Source of the DNA: Polymyxa betae A26-41
Lineage: Eukaryota > Protista > Endomyxa: Phytomyxea
Direction of reading: 5' to 3'
Assembly (NCBI GenBank): GCA_003693705.1
Contig: RBZT01000514.1
Location: 1 to 38,937, forward strand
DNA length: 38,937 bases
Each line of letters begins with the position of its first letter. Position 1 is the first letter of the stretch. The notes beneath the pieces are model-generated. The model did no database searches and was not told the DNA's origin. It saw only the letters and a program-made list of their open reading frames with translations. The position numbers were made by a program, and so were the translations under genes. Positions 20,801 through 34,205 of the stretch are shown one piece after another.

Positions 20801-21459
20801 ATTCACCCGAAACCCTTCAATTCCGTCAGAAAGGGTTTGTTGCAAAGTAGCTGACAGCAAAGAGCCGTCGTCCGCTACATGCATCACCATGACGCAAAGC
20901 GACGCGAATTGCCAGTCATTCTGCGGCAAAACGCCCTTTGAGTGCCAAACAATAGTTGGAAATGTATCCTACTGGTTCGAGATGAGGACGAAGATCCGGG
21001 CTGTATTTATCTGAAGGAAGTAGGGGTCCAATCCAGTGAACTTCCTCCAAATTGACCAGGAGCATTGCGATGGATATCCGGCAGCGCATAATGTAGGCAT
21101 TCTCGGGGATATAATACAAAATGGATACCTGGTGACGCTCCTCAAATATCCTGATTTGAGAGGGTGACAAAGCCCGATGAAACTGGATTAAATGGATGCT
21201 GATAGGGTCATCGAAAGAGCTCGATGATTCCTGTTCAAACATCAAGACTGATTTCCAAAGTGTTTCCATTGTTACTAACATCATCAAGAGCTTGAAAATA
21301 TTCTGCCGTCGGAACCTTTGCCGTATCGATCGTTCTCGATTTCAAATGGATTCTGTTCGGAAGCAAACTCTCACAAGCTATTTCAGGGAAAGTGATTGTG
21401 ATTATCATTGCTACCGAGACTATCCAATTTCCGATATACTTCGGCATTTTCAAGAACAC
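17791..21459 (-). CDS. Subtilisin-like S8 protease (Kp43/TagC type) with signal peptide, propeptide and C-terminal TM anchor
   Basis: Catalytic D (ADTGLDPDHCFF), H (DGHGTHVAGTL), oxyanion N (FAAGNNG) and S (AGTSMSAPVLA). Also SSMGPTADGRIKPDVVAPG, PSAALLKAV, QGFGR, NTVERI and APQPYTL. TM segment FLFGALVATIVIVCILSC. Confidence 0.93.
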
Positions 21460-21661
21460 GGTTGCAACTGAACACGAGAAGAAGCGGAAATATTTGAAGA
21501 GCAGTTCATCAACGACGAGGGTCCTTCATCGAAGATATCTGCAGTTGCAACTTGCCAAGACAACAGTCAGTCTCAGATGACCGCCGGCGACGATTCTCAT
21601 CATTCATTGTTCTCGAATCAGATTTGCATACCACGAGAGGCATTCTTTATCAGCAAAGACA

Positions 21662-24600
21662 CTATGATGACCAAGTCAGCGCTTTAACATACGAATATGG
21701 TTTAGCAGGGCACACTTCCTCGGCCGCATGATTTCGTAAAACAGATTTCGACATTGCAAAAGACACAGTACTGGATGGTAAAGCGTTGAGAGATGTTGAC
21801 AAAATCGGGTCATCTATCTCCAAAGGATCGCAATGGAGGTTCCAGGAAAGGAATGATTCTGTTGTGGCTCGGTTATCGAGCAAAACCTTCGTCTGACAAA
21901 ATTGCTCTTCATGGCACAAAGCGAAAAGCTTCTTCAGTTCCTCGTGGCTCATGCCGCAAACGTTATTTTCTTTGCCGTCAACGACCCTAAAAATGCACGT
22001 TGAGCGAATTTGTTTACCGGAACTCCCAATCTGACATCGATAGTTCTTGTTTGGTTAGCTGTCGCTGAAAAATCTTTTCGTCTATGCCGCCTGTAGTAAG
22101 AAGCCTATATATAATACATGGACACTGTTGGCCATCTCTCCAAATACGCCCCATTGCCTGTTATGCCATTACTTTAAGTCTCGCATGCGTTGCTGTGAAT
22201 AAAGCTGTAATCATTACCTGCTCATCTGTCGCCGGATTCCAATCGGGATCAAAGAGGATCAGACGCGAAGCTCCAATCAGATTAAGGCCGCATCCGCCAG
22301 CCTAGGCTACGATAAGTTTCGCTTTTGAGATGCCCATGAAGTGAGCACCTTTGCTGACAGCAGAAAAACAGTTTGTGGGCAATCGGGAGAATTGAATTTC
22401 GTAACTAAGGACTGCCTAGTCTGGGCAGGAGTAGATCCGTCCAAACGTAAAGTCTTCCATTGTTTCGATGCACAAAGCTTATCGATAACAGTCAACGTCT
22501 GTGTGAAGTTGCTAACGATAACTGAGCCATGATCAATCTGCTGTCGAAGATGCCACGGTCGCCAAGACCGACCAGTTTTTAGCGAAGGTTGATGCGAATG
22601 CATAGCCGTCAATATTGACTCCAGAACTGCCAATTTACCAGAATGTTGCGAATCGACAACTTCACGATCATAGCAGGTAGGAAACTCATGTTGGTTCTCT
22701 GACTTATAGAAAAGCGAAGGGTCATTTACAAGTTTACGAAGCGCAGTAATATGCATGAGAGCTGCAGCGACATCAGAAGCGTTAATAACGTTAGACACAA
22801 CTTGGGATGTCACGTAAGTCTAATTAACGTGTCAGGGTATAAATGCAAACAAATATCGCCAGTACAGAATATAACTTCACTTGCAAGTCTGACAGCTTGC
22901 AGAATAAGACGCATTCGGTTTTGGGAGGAAGATATTTTGAAAGAACGCTGGAAGTTCTCCGTAAAATAAACGATGACGTCAGTTTCTGAAATCATCAAAG
23001 GCTTATAGACGGCATTTGAGAGGAGATGTAATGATACTTGTAACATATCTGCCCTCTTTTGTCCAAGAGCAGTTTCCTCGTGAGAACAACCAGATCCTGC
23101 TTCTCTCCACGCGACAATAGGCTTGATGAAATTGTTTCGGAAAGATTCTAGGGTCGAGAGAAGCCCTGGGTTGACAAAGGAACACATTGCATAAAGCTCA
23201 TCAAGCTGGTTCTGAATTGGAGTTCCCTAAGAATATTAAACGTTGAATGAGGCAGGATGGATCTAGGCAATACAGTAATAATGAGTCTTCGTTTGGCTCC
23301 AACATCCTCTAAAGCGGCTATCGTTTGATTCCCTTGTGCATTCTTAAGACGATGCCCTTCATCACAAACAAGAAGCACCCCTTTCTGAAGAACTCAGTAA
23401 ACTGTTTGACGTCAGAGCAGGATGACTGTTGGTACTTTTGATGAAGATAGAGCACTTAGATCTTTCGCGAACTTGCGGCACATTTCTGAATGCATCTAAG
23501 TCAACCGACAGCATTGCACTTGACAATCAGAACCATAGCTGATTATGAGAACAGGCCATTTTGAAACTTTGACGAAATCCTGGATAATTTCCTTTTGCAA
23601 TTCAGACTTGAGAGAAGATTGCATCGACAAAATCTGAATGCGATAGTCCCCGACCCATTTCTTGAATTCATTGGCCCAATTGTCAACCAAAGAAGAAGGG
23701 ACAACTACGATGGCCCGAGAAATTACAGGCCCTGATGGTCCATCTTTCAGTAATGTCCAAATAACTGAAATACACTATCAATATTTAGTGGCCAGCATGA
23801 ACCGTTCCGATTCAGCTACCTGTAAGGTCTTTCCCAAACCCATTTCATCAGCAAGAATGGCACCATAATGGTTGGGGTTAGTTACCCCTGTCAAACAATT
23901 GTAAAGGAAGAGCACCCCTTCACGCTGGTGAGGTCTAAGGCGATCTGAGAGAAAAGGACTGCAAAATCAGTTAAGCAATAAATGAGACACAAACTTACCA
24001 CAGTGTGACATATCTGGCATTTGAAGAATGGTCGTTCAAGGGCTTGTAAAGCACTAGAGCGTTTAAAGCGAATGGGTTGTTTCTCGAATTGGTAACAGCC
24101 TTTTGATGAATAGCATTATTAGTAGAGTCTAAGGAACAATAGCTGAGCACAGTACGTTGTTAGCGCTGTTCTGAAAATTTTGTTGATCAGCGTTTCCTTT
24201 GTTTGCCATGATATGTAGTGTCTTCGAAGTTTGCTTCTGGTCATCTCATTAGCTTCAGCAAATATCAGATAAATTTTTTCAGAACCTTTCGAGCTGGAGG
24301 CTGATCGTTACCAGAAACTTGTGAGGCAATAAAAGCGCTGCCAGATTCGTACTCAGAGAAATCCATAATTTTGTCAACTTCGACATCATAACTGCCGCAT
24401 TCGACCTTTAAAACGATAATCAGCATCCGCACAAACAATATCATATTATGTTTTGTACTTCAGAACCCTGTCCAAGTTCACAGACGCCATTCAACAGCTT
24501 GGATGCTAATTGCTTTCCGAGCTCATTGAACAAAGTAAAGGTATTTCCTTTTCGAATTAAAATACCATCGCAGTATGACTTATGCTTTTTGTTAGATCGA

Positions 24601-24886
24601 GCACAAAAAAATCTGAGGAAATCGTTCACATACATTAGCGGAACGACATAGCTTCATCATACATGCGGTATGCCAAAGGTTTTATAGAAGTGTTTGTTGA
24701 TACCGAAGTGTTCGAATTCTTTGGCATTATTCTGCTAGCAGCAGTTCCAGAAACGGTCGTTCTAGGTGGACAGAATTTCTTCTTCACCCTAATAGACCCG
24801 CCATCCTGCGGTTTTTGGATGTCAGCAGCCTCCAAAGCCGGTCTCTTCTCCGGATTTCGAGCAGCGATGATGGCACTTCTCCTCAT
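21662..24886 (-). CDS. RAD54B: DNA repair/recombination SWI2/SNF2 ATPase RAD54B (RDH54-like)
   Basis: N-terminal MRRSA..KKKFCPP and CDGILI motif. Helicase motifs [103 protein letters not shown]. Many introns. Confidence 0.93.
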
Positions 24887-25143
24887 TACACCAGAACTAT
24901 CCACGAAGCAATAAGGCATGAGTCCAAATGACATTTAAAGATGATTCTATCTACCACGTCACTCCACAACCGGTATCGTAGACCAGACTGAACCCTAGTC
25001 GCAAGTTCAGCTATAGTGCAATTCAATCTCTGCAGGGCTCCTATAATTCGTCAACAAAACAGGATGTGTCATCTCATGGCGGAGCCCTATTAGAGGTAGC
25101 GCAACCCCTTCATATCGATTATCTGATATCGGTTATTTTATTA

Positions 25144-26406
25144 TTAGGTACTGATTTTTGCCTCGATATATGAAACAAACCCTTCGAATGAGGTTGACGA
25201 TGTTACTGTTGATCCGTTTGTATTGACCTGGAGATCGCTGCGATCGAGCGCCCTGCAAGAGGTTCGTCGGGAACACTAGTGGAAATGAACGAGAACCATA
25301 CCTCGCGATAGCTGAATAGATTGGAGCTCCTTCTATCGACATGGCAAACCTGAAATCTATCGGCTCCCCATTTGACAATGAATTTTCAAACTGACCAGCG
25401 GAAATAGAGTTCAGGACGGGCACGTTCTATCAAGAAAGCTGTGCAAAGAATACTTCCTTCTATACCCTGGGACATCAATACTGTATCATCACGAATCTCA
25501 CATGCATAAAAACACTTTTTACCTGATTCAGTTTTAGCAGCCATCTCTCTGACTTTCTTGCAACTGCACGGTTGAAGTTCTGTGCAAGTTTTTTCTGAAG
25601 TTGCCGTCATGAATTGCGAAAGAATGAGGAAACGCTGTCGAACCGATTGGCAGAAAGACTGATGGCCAACAACAGCATCGTAACTGCATGATGCTTCACC
25701 CGTCTCCTCAAACCTCATTAACTGAGGCTGTGTCTATATATCAGATCGATTCTGAGATTTGAGTTCAGGTTCACCTTGTCTTGGTTTTCCAAACAGGCAA
25801 ATGAAACTTTAGCCTGGCGTGGCAGAGAAGAAACCTCACAAATGTCCCCGCCGACGTAAAGCTGCTGAAGATCGGGACTTAGCAACTTGAACTCTCCTAT
25901 TTACCCAAATCTTATTACAACAAACAATGATCAGAGATGGCGCTGGCGACCTAAATTGACCGAAACCTTTTCACGCTCGTTGAACTGTCGGACTGATTTG
26001 CCGATACAAATCTAAACTGCATAAACGTACAGTTGTGAATGAATCACATTCAAACCTCGTATTGCCAATAATGATCCTTCTTTGAAGTTTGAATGCAAAC
26101 AGACTGCAGAGCTTGGATTAGATTCCTTTCAGAAAGGTTGTCACTGCTATCGTTCTGCATCTTCTTTTGATCAGTGGCGGAAACAGTTTATTTAGGTAAT
26201 ATTACCAAGTCGGTTACAGATGTCGTACTGGCCTCCATCTCAACAGAGCAAGTAATGTTATTTTGGCCATGTAGGATGGAAACTTTTGCATGAGATGCTT
26301 CCCCATCCCCAACAGGGAACGCAACGCTACGAGAATCGCTGAAGTGTCCAAGCGCATGGGCCAGGACGACCTGCAAAACCAGGCCGATTGCATTCACTTT
26401 CCACAT
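25144..26406 (-). CDS. OS-9/ERLEC1-like ER lectin (MRH/PRKCSH domain)
   Basis: Signal peptide MWKVNAIGLVLQVVLAHA. Spliced C..DHYWQYE|ICIGKSVRQF...LG..QLYVGGDICE...RQAKVSFAC...EE..SCSYDAVV..QSFC matches the MRH motifs. The last exons are less certain. Confidence 0.8.
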
Positions 26407-26462
26407 GTTTGTGACTGAACGCCGGCAGTCAACTGGCAATGAATAAAAACATGTATTTTGGT

Positions 26463-29400
26463 CTATAAAGAATAACTTGTAGAAAGTGATGACTGCACTG
26501 GCAGAGAGCAGGTTTGAAACAATGCTTTCCATTGGGTCTCGTCCATTGAGGCCTTGAAGGAATGAAGCATACCCCCAAACAGATGGATTAAATCTGCAGG
26601 CGCTTGACGCCACGAAGCAATCGCTGCGCAAAACTGAGCAAATACACCTATCGACACATTGACAACTGAATTGCAACTAGTTTTGCCAAATTTACCTAAA
26701 ACTGCTTGCGGATTCGTTTGGCATACAGTCATCATGCCTTTAAAGGCACTAACCTTCTCGTGATCTTCCCGGTAATGACTGAGATGATAACACCAAGGTA
26801 GAATGAATTGATCCAGTTGCGCACCGACTTCAACTGGACATGCACTTCCAAGCCTAAACAGATGATCGATATTTGGAACAAGTAGCAGGAATAGCTCTCA
26901 CCTGGCAATAGTTATGGAGAGATTTTCCGCTAACCTTGCAGTAACACGAGGTCCGGTTAGAATTGGAATGATCCGGTTGAGTATCGGGGCAATCGAAGGA
27001 GCCAGATCGGCGGCCGGCAAGCTGTGCGAGATTTCGCCGACGGCCCAACTAGCGTTGTTGCAAACAGCGACGTAGTTCCCGTCAAGATTGGCCAGAATCA
27101 TCTGCATGAACTGATCAAGGTGAGGGCGTAGAACAGGCATCGCATATCTAATGTAAAGTTAAACCAAAACTCCATAATCATGGGAAAACTTCAGCAGCAT
27201 CGTACTTTGCCATATCGCCAATCAAAGCGACAGCTGACTGACGAATTTCTGGAGATTGATCCCGAGAGCATTGGAAAAGGCACTTGAGCAAGCGTTGGTC
27301 GTTTGAACCAGTTAGATTGAGAGATTCGGATTTGAGGCCTTCAACAAGACCGGAGAGTAGGTCCAGACAGCACACAACAAATTCTTTGTCAGGATAGTCG
27401 GCTTGCGCTACAACAATGCATAAGCCTCATAACAGATAGGTGGTGGACGCGTACGATCGTGTGTCGCTCTTTCAATTGCTGCTAAACATTGCTCGATAAT
27501 GGCAATGGCACGCTGGAATGTGACTGATGCCCACGGCAGGAACTGAGTGCCCAAAGCCTAAAGACGCCAATCAGAACGGCTTGACTTGAACGAAAGGGAA
27601 ATAATGCAAACCTGAGCTATATATGTGAGACATTCCAGCAATGGATACATGGAAGGGTCGTCGTCACGTGTCATGTTCCATTGCGACATGATACGATTCA
27701 CAAGTGCCGGGATCAGCTCCATATGCTGAGCAAGAGCCTTCCCACACGAATCTGCCAACGATCCAATGGCGTCATAGAGCAGCAAGCGATTCTTGGTTTG
27801 GTATCTAACAGCAGCCACTTAGCATTCACCCAGTTTAGGGAGAGAGACAATACTTGTCGAAAGCAAAAATCAAGTTCTGTACAATTGGAGAGAGATAGGT
27901 GGCTATCATAGGTCCAGCCTCTTCGGTGAGAATAGCAAATGAGGAGCAGGCTGCTTCTTGGACCTGGCGGCAACTCAGAACGTTTCTGAAGGAATCGGAA
28001 CGCGACATTACCTTCTTATTACGATCCAGAATTCGGGCAAGAACCCCATGCAGAGACGATTCGAGGATTTGGGGCGTTCGCACCACCCAACGAGCGAACC
28101 GAGAGAGCGTCCAGCAACAAATGCTGCGGACGAGCGGGTGTGGATCGTGGGCCATGAGTTGGATTAGATACGGGATCAATTGAGGCAGATGCGCCTCGAG
28201 ACCTGAGAAACATCCTTCAGCGATGGCTCCCAGGCTCAGAACGCCACACTCTCGAACACGCCAATCTTGCAGGTTGCCAAGATTCGCCTAAACAAGTTCA
28301 GCGCGACATCCAACGACACTGACATCCCTAAACCTGAAGCAAAGGGAACAGAATCGGAAGCAGGTTGTTCTGAAATCTAGTCGATAGTTTATCAAGAGCG
28401 GACGCCGAACATTTGCGAAGATTCCACTCAGCTGCTAATCATGAAAATATCAGAGTTGAGATCTAATCATGCTAAAGGCGTTATACCGTCTTCATCATCG
28501 TCAGATAAGCTGTCATCGGAATCAAAAGAACCGGCCATATGATCAGCCACGTCCTGCATGGATCCTCCTGAACAGAACGACCAAGTTCAGCAATGTAATG
28601 TATAAAGATTCGAAACAAAATGATCACGTGGATTGTGGAATCTCGGCCGGATGTCTTCAGGACGATCTGGGACGTTCTCATTGTCGACCTGGGCGCAGCT
28701 GAGCACGATCGGGTCGTCGTCGCTGTAGATCATTCCTGTCTCATTTCAGCAACATGACCATTGATAAGAGCTAATGGATTAACCTTTCATCAACGTGGGC
28801 AGAATTACGTTCATAAACGGAAACAGCAAGGCGAAATCGTACTCGTCGGAGCTACAATAAATATTCCAAAACTCATTCGCTTCAATGCTGACGGAACTAT
28901 CTGGATCCGAACTACAGCAAATCATGAACTCGATGACCTGTTTCATGCTGTCTTTGATGATTCCATATCGAACCTCCAGAAGAATGCAGAGAGATTGACA
29001 GATCTGCCTGCGAATATCTGATGATCGATCGCGGGTCAGGTTGAATAACGCGCCGAGATATGCATCCAAGCGCATGAAGAGAGCCTAACGCCAACTGAAT
29101 CGCATTACGGTGCATCCATCCAAATCACACCGACTTTAGGCATGTTAATCAAGAAGCGATTCAGAGTTAAAAGAGCCATGCAGCGAAGTGACTCGTCCGA
29201 ATGGGCTAAGAAATCGATAAGAATGTTCACCATGTCGGTAATGACACCAGCTTCCTGATCGCCCAACTCCCCGATCCGCACAACATCGTCTGTGGCATCT
29301 TCGACAATTTTTGATAAAGCGCCCAGCGCTCCCTGTAACGCATTTCAAAAATAAATTCTCTCTCGAAAAATTCGTTCACATCAACAGCACCAGCATGTAG

Positions 29401-29923
29401 TGGTGATTTGATAAGTGAGCAGATCGACATGATCATAGGACACAGATTCGTCTTTGCACCCTGGAACCGGATTCAGACCATCCATTCGAGTCAAACTTTT
29501 CACAGTAACTTTGATAGCGATTGTAGCTAATACTGTCCCAGCAGTCCTTCGAATGTGGACACTACTGTCGCTAAGAGATTTCATCGCCTCTGCTTGAATA
29601 TACTCCAACCCGCTACAATCAACATATTCTTAAATTCAGTATGATTTAGCTTGTCGGCAGTCCTACACGGCGCTCGTATTTCCATAGTTCTCTCGAATGT
29701 TGTTTTTCAACATAAGGCCTGCTCGAGCCCGAACGTCATTGGTGACTTCAGCGGAGCACATAATCCTTGATAAATAATTGTTAAATTCCGGATGTATTTT
29801 TAGCTCCTCGAATCGTCGATAGATGGCCTGATGTTGGGTATTGTCAGCTGTACAACTGTCCCGAAGGAGCTGGAACAGCTGGGCCATAGCATCGGCATTG
29901 GGAGTCCATTGGCCAGTCACCAT
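26463..29923 (-). CDS. TNPO1: Transportin-1 / importin beta-2 (KAP104)
   Basis: WTPN...PEFNNYL...RAGLMLKNN, IRRTAGTV, EANEFW, the H8 acidic loop, WNLRKCSASALD, LVRSICCWTLSR, RILDRNKKVQEAACS, YQTKNRLLLYDAIGSLAD and VCNNASWAVGEI. Many introns. Confidence 0.95.
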
Positions 29924-30303
29924 TTCAGCGGCGCCAGCAAGCCAGGTCAAATCCGGAACCTACCGGAGCCAGCCAGACTGAAGGGAAATTGAATGGCGAC
30001 AGTTGGTATCGGGAAGGTGATGACGAATCCTCGAGAAAATCCAGGAGATGGGCGACAAACAACGGAAGACGCTGACTCCGCCACGGACCCTTAGCGCGTC
30101 AACATTGCAGTTGCCAAGGGTCGCATCTCCAACGAGTCCACGACCAAGAGCTAACCATACTGTACCGACCTCTCCTAGTCGTCGTCGATTCCCCTAAGAT
30201 CCCGCTGTTTACTCGCTTTCAAGTTCGAATTCTGTAGACCGGCCGGGTTTTTCAAAGCGATCTTCGCGGCCTGTCTGGGTTCAATATTCCTAATCGCTGA
30301 GTA

Positions 30304-33300
30304 TTATTTGAAATGATAAGGCTTCGTTCTGGCTAGATCCTGATTATGCAGCATTCGTCTGGATTTCAATCGTTCGTTACTTGATGAAAGCCGCTGCTCT
30401 GCTGACTTCAATCCTCCAACTGCTATCAGGCTGGGCGCTGTGTGGCATTGTTTCGACCTTGATTCGCGGATTTTTGAGGGCAGCACATCTTGGTCAAGTT
30501 TAAAGTGGCGTAGTCCTGTCGTTGCATTCTTTTGAACAGTGCCCAGCTGGCGGGGATCAATGCTATCTTGCGTTAAAGCAGCGATATTGTTGCATCTCCA
30601 GGCCAATATTCGCTCCTGAATTACCGAATCAGTTTGATTCAGAATTTGTTGAGCTTCTTCTAATCTCATTTTCTTATGATGCGATAGATCCAGATTTACT
30701 GGCCATAATCCCTGACTGCCATTGCCAATCTCGTACAATTGGACACCAAGATCGTCAAAAATCAGTAGCCGCCCTAACACGGTAACCAAAGCAAAGTAAA
30801 CAGGAGATTCAATAATGCTTATCGATCGAGCAAGAAAACTGCTGTCGTTCTCCTGTTTCCAACTAGGGGCAATACAGAGCTCGACGTACGTACGTCTATA
30901 CTTTGAGTTTGAGTTAGTTGATTCTTTGATGTTGCTTTTTCTCGAGGCCTCAATTACTGACTCAAGATCAAATCTTGCGAGTGCTCCTGTACCCAACATT
31001 CACAGAAAGTCGCACGCTTTGAACATGTACCTGAGGAGTATCCTGTAAATATGCATTGAAGTGTCGGACTGAACGCAATAGCAGCCAAATCACAATCTGC
31101 ACTAAGATGGCCGAGTAGCGAGAAATCACATTTCCGGTCTATCCTGTACACGCATGATTCACCTTTGCTGAATGAGACAACAGCAACGTCTGTATCATGG
31201 CAGAAACAAATGGACGAAATGCTAATGTCTTTGGACCCTACAATCAGTAATGCTGAGAACGTTCCGCTAGCATTGACCTTCCTTCCCTAGCTTACTAGTT
31301 CTTCTCAGATCTTTAAATGGATTAGTTGTACTGCCTCGGTTAATGTCAAATAGAGCAATGCCTGACAAATTTGACCAAAGAATAACTTGTAGCTCTGTGT
31401 TTCCAAATGCCAGCTCGATTCTTGATGCCGAAGATACCATTTCACGATAAATTATGGTATCACTGAGCAGTACATCTCAGCAATTTTTTCGTTTGCCGTA
31501 TAAATCTACATACTTCTCTTGGTTCAATACCCTGACTTCCGTCGCTGTTATTGTAGCGATTCGTTGTGGACTGGATATCCAAGCTATGTGCAGAATTTCA
31601 CCATTTGCCTTGGCATGCTTTTGCAGGCAGGACAAATTGGCACTGTTATAAACTGTGAGTTGACCTAAGTTCTTGTCAAGGACCGATCTAACCGAACACA
31701 CTTGTCATACCGTCTCATGATCCAACCGCTATTCTTCTCTCTAACGGATCAAAGCATATGGTTGCTATATCTGATGCTGTTGTAGCAACAGAATCCACCT
31801 CCAGTTTTCCCGTTAGCATATTCCAAATTTGCAAATGGTTTTGTGAACAAGCTATAAGTGTATGGTCTAGCTTGTTGTACAGCACCACCTGATACGCATG
31901 TTCCTTTTTTGACAAATTGGATAACTCGGCTTCAATAAGGATCATATCACCTCCTGTGAATGGTTCAAAGGAGGGAAGATGCTACAATGCAGTAGACCTT
32001 CATGGAAAGCTGCGATCGAATCATTGATGATACAGACGCTTGTTAAATTGACCCCCAAAGTTATGGTTTGTAAGCACAAAAAGGAATTGTTATCCCATAA
32101 TTTTACAACTCCATGAATATCAGCTGTTACAATATTTTCAGACAATTCTAAGACACCTATATACAACAAGGAAGCCCCATGCCCTTTAATCTGAGTATGC
32201 AAGTCCATAAGCAAGTCCCATCAAGGCATAAAAAATACGTTAAACAGAACATCTTCGCTGTAGAGATTCCAAACGCACATGCATGAATCTATTCCTGCAC
32301 TCAATAGCAGACGAGTTCTAGGCGACATTACTGTTTTTGTTTGGTAAGCTGACATATGCTACAAACTGAGTGCTCTTATACCAATTCCGACAATGCCATG
32401 CTGATGCCCATGCTTGTAGCATCGCAAGGCACTCCCAGTTATGACATCCCAGAGGCGAACGCTTGAATCCAAACTGCATGAAAATAACAATCTTCCTTCG
32501 TTAGTGTAGCCCATACTCGAGATCGCAGATGAATGTCCCTGGCGATTACTTTAGTGACACGCCGTTGCATGGCAAAGCAATCCTCATAAACCTTAAACAG
32601 CATCAACAACTGATCATTTCGCGGTTCTGGGTAAACGTGTTTCCTATAAACCGATAGTCGCCAGGTAGATATATCACCATTATCGAATCCAATAAACAGT
32701 ATATCTTCATCTGGTGAATATAAGAATGCTGTAATCTCCATTGGATTAGTAACAGTCTGAATTATGTTTTTCCAGGAACTCACAATATGCGATGTGAATA
32801 CTCTTTCAAGGCATACGTCTTCAGCGTCCAGCGGAAATGTCTAAAGACATTGGCCAACGCCAAAAACCAGTAAATTATATTTGGTTCCTGATGTGCTCTT
32901 TCCGACATAAATCATGACATTGGAGCCAGCAGGGACATCGCAACGCCATCGTTTTGCTTTTACAGAGCCAGCTGTAATGGTCAGGAATGAGATGGCGCTT
33001 CTGAAGAATATCAGGGTGAACCAAATCTTAATAAGACGACAATTACTTACGATCCTGTTTCTTTAACAGCAATATTATTCTGGGACATTGCGGTTGAAAC
33101 TTTGTCAAGTCCTTTGCGATGAAACACCATGACAGGCGATCGTTTGTAGTAGCACAACGAATCAACGAATTTGGAAGTAGACACAGCTTCTTGATACCCA
33201 AGAATAACCGCCAGCAGCTCATCTTTACAAATAGTCCTATCACCGTTGATATCTGTCTTATCAAACAACTCCAAAAGAGCACAAACTATCATTAATGGCC

Positions 33301-33761
33301 CAGTATCTACAATTGCGCCAAAGCTTGGAAAACCAGACGAGTCTGTGAGAACCAGTTGCAGAAACAGAGTTACAAACTGGATTAGATTTAGCTTGCCACC
33401 ATTGAATGTAAATGTCTCAAATATCGCATTCATATTGCCTTGATGAATGAGGTTCAGAAACCCACTTGCAATTCGCCGAGTTTCTAATTTGAATCGAAAG
33501 TAGAGGGTGCGGCTTGAAAAAGGGATACTATTCTCTTCATGGTGATTCCGCCACTGATCTGAAACGACATAGGCAATCGCCACGTCTCGTATCGATAAAT
33601 CCCGACGATGATCGTTGTCGTGCGGCTGGCGACAGGGATGCATTGATACGCTGCCTCCTTATGAAGATCGAGCGTACCATCTTGCAATCGCTCTCGCTCT
33701 CTGAACCAAACCATTCCATCTTTGCGTCCAGGCCATCCTCTCTGATTGCCCAGCTGGACAT
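30304..33761 (-). CDS. EF-hand + WD40-repeat protein (WDR49/EFCAB8/WDR64-like architecture)
   Basis: EF loop ELFDKTDINGDRTICKDELL followed by WD repeats (IGFDNGDISTW, SAGIDSCMCVWN, KGH..VTADIHGVVKLWDN..CLQT, LGH..FSP..IFTGYSSG). Both ends approximate. Confidence 0.8.
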
Positions 33762-34117
33762 CAGTCAAACTTGGTTTCTATGATCGAACCGCATATGCGC
33801 TTAACGTAAACTACTGTATTAACTCATCATGGCACTGCTTCATTGCTTGAAAATTACATAAGACAATGGATATAAAAACTAAGAGACGCGTAAGCTCAGT
33901 CATTTGGGGATCGTAGACAAATCGGCACTGCAATACAGTCTCAAATCCTACCTCTCTCCTGTCCACGTCGTCTGGTCGGAGCCCAACCCCGCGTCAGAAA
34001 AGTAGGTCGAGAATCGGCAGTCGGTTTGCAACAGACCCACAGTCAGAAATCATTCATCCCAGTCGACGTGCCGTCTGAGCGAATCATCACTGTTAACGCC
34101 CCGGGACTTGGACAGAG

Positions 34118-34155
34118 TATTTAAGCCTTCCTGATGCCCTGGGATTCTTCATTCC
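34118..34155 (+). promoter_or_regulatory. Candidate core promoter of the CBM18 gene: TATA-like TATTTAAG about 30 nt before an initiator-like TCATTCC
   Basis: TATTTAAG at 34118-34125 and TCATTCC at 34149-34155, about 50 nt before the ATG. Confidence 0.35.
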
Positions 34156-34205
34156 CCAAAACAAACGCGTTCGTCGACATCACTTTCGAATAACTATCGG
34201 GAACC

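Noticed and set aside
21984-21993. CCCTAAAAA telomere-like motif
   Set aside because: It is the TTTTTAG|GG splice acceptor of a RAD54B intron.
25041-25070. C-terminal VDEL ER-retention signal for the OS-9-like protein
   Set aside because: An in-frame TGA lies just upstream and no good acceptor was found. The stop at 25144 is simpler.
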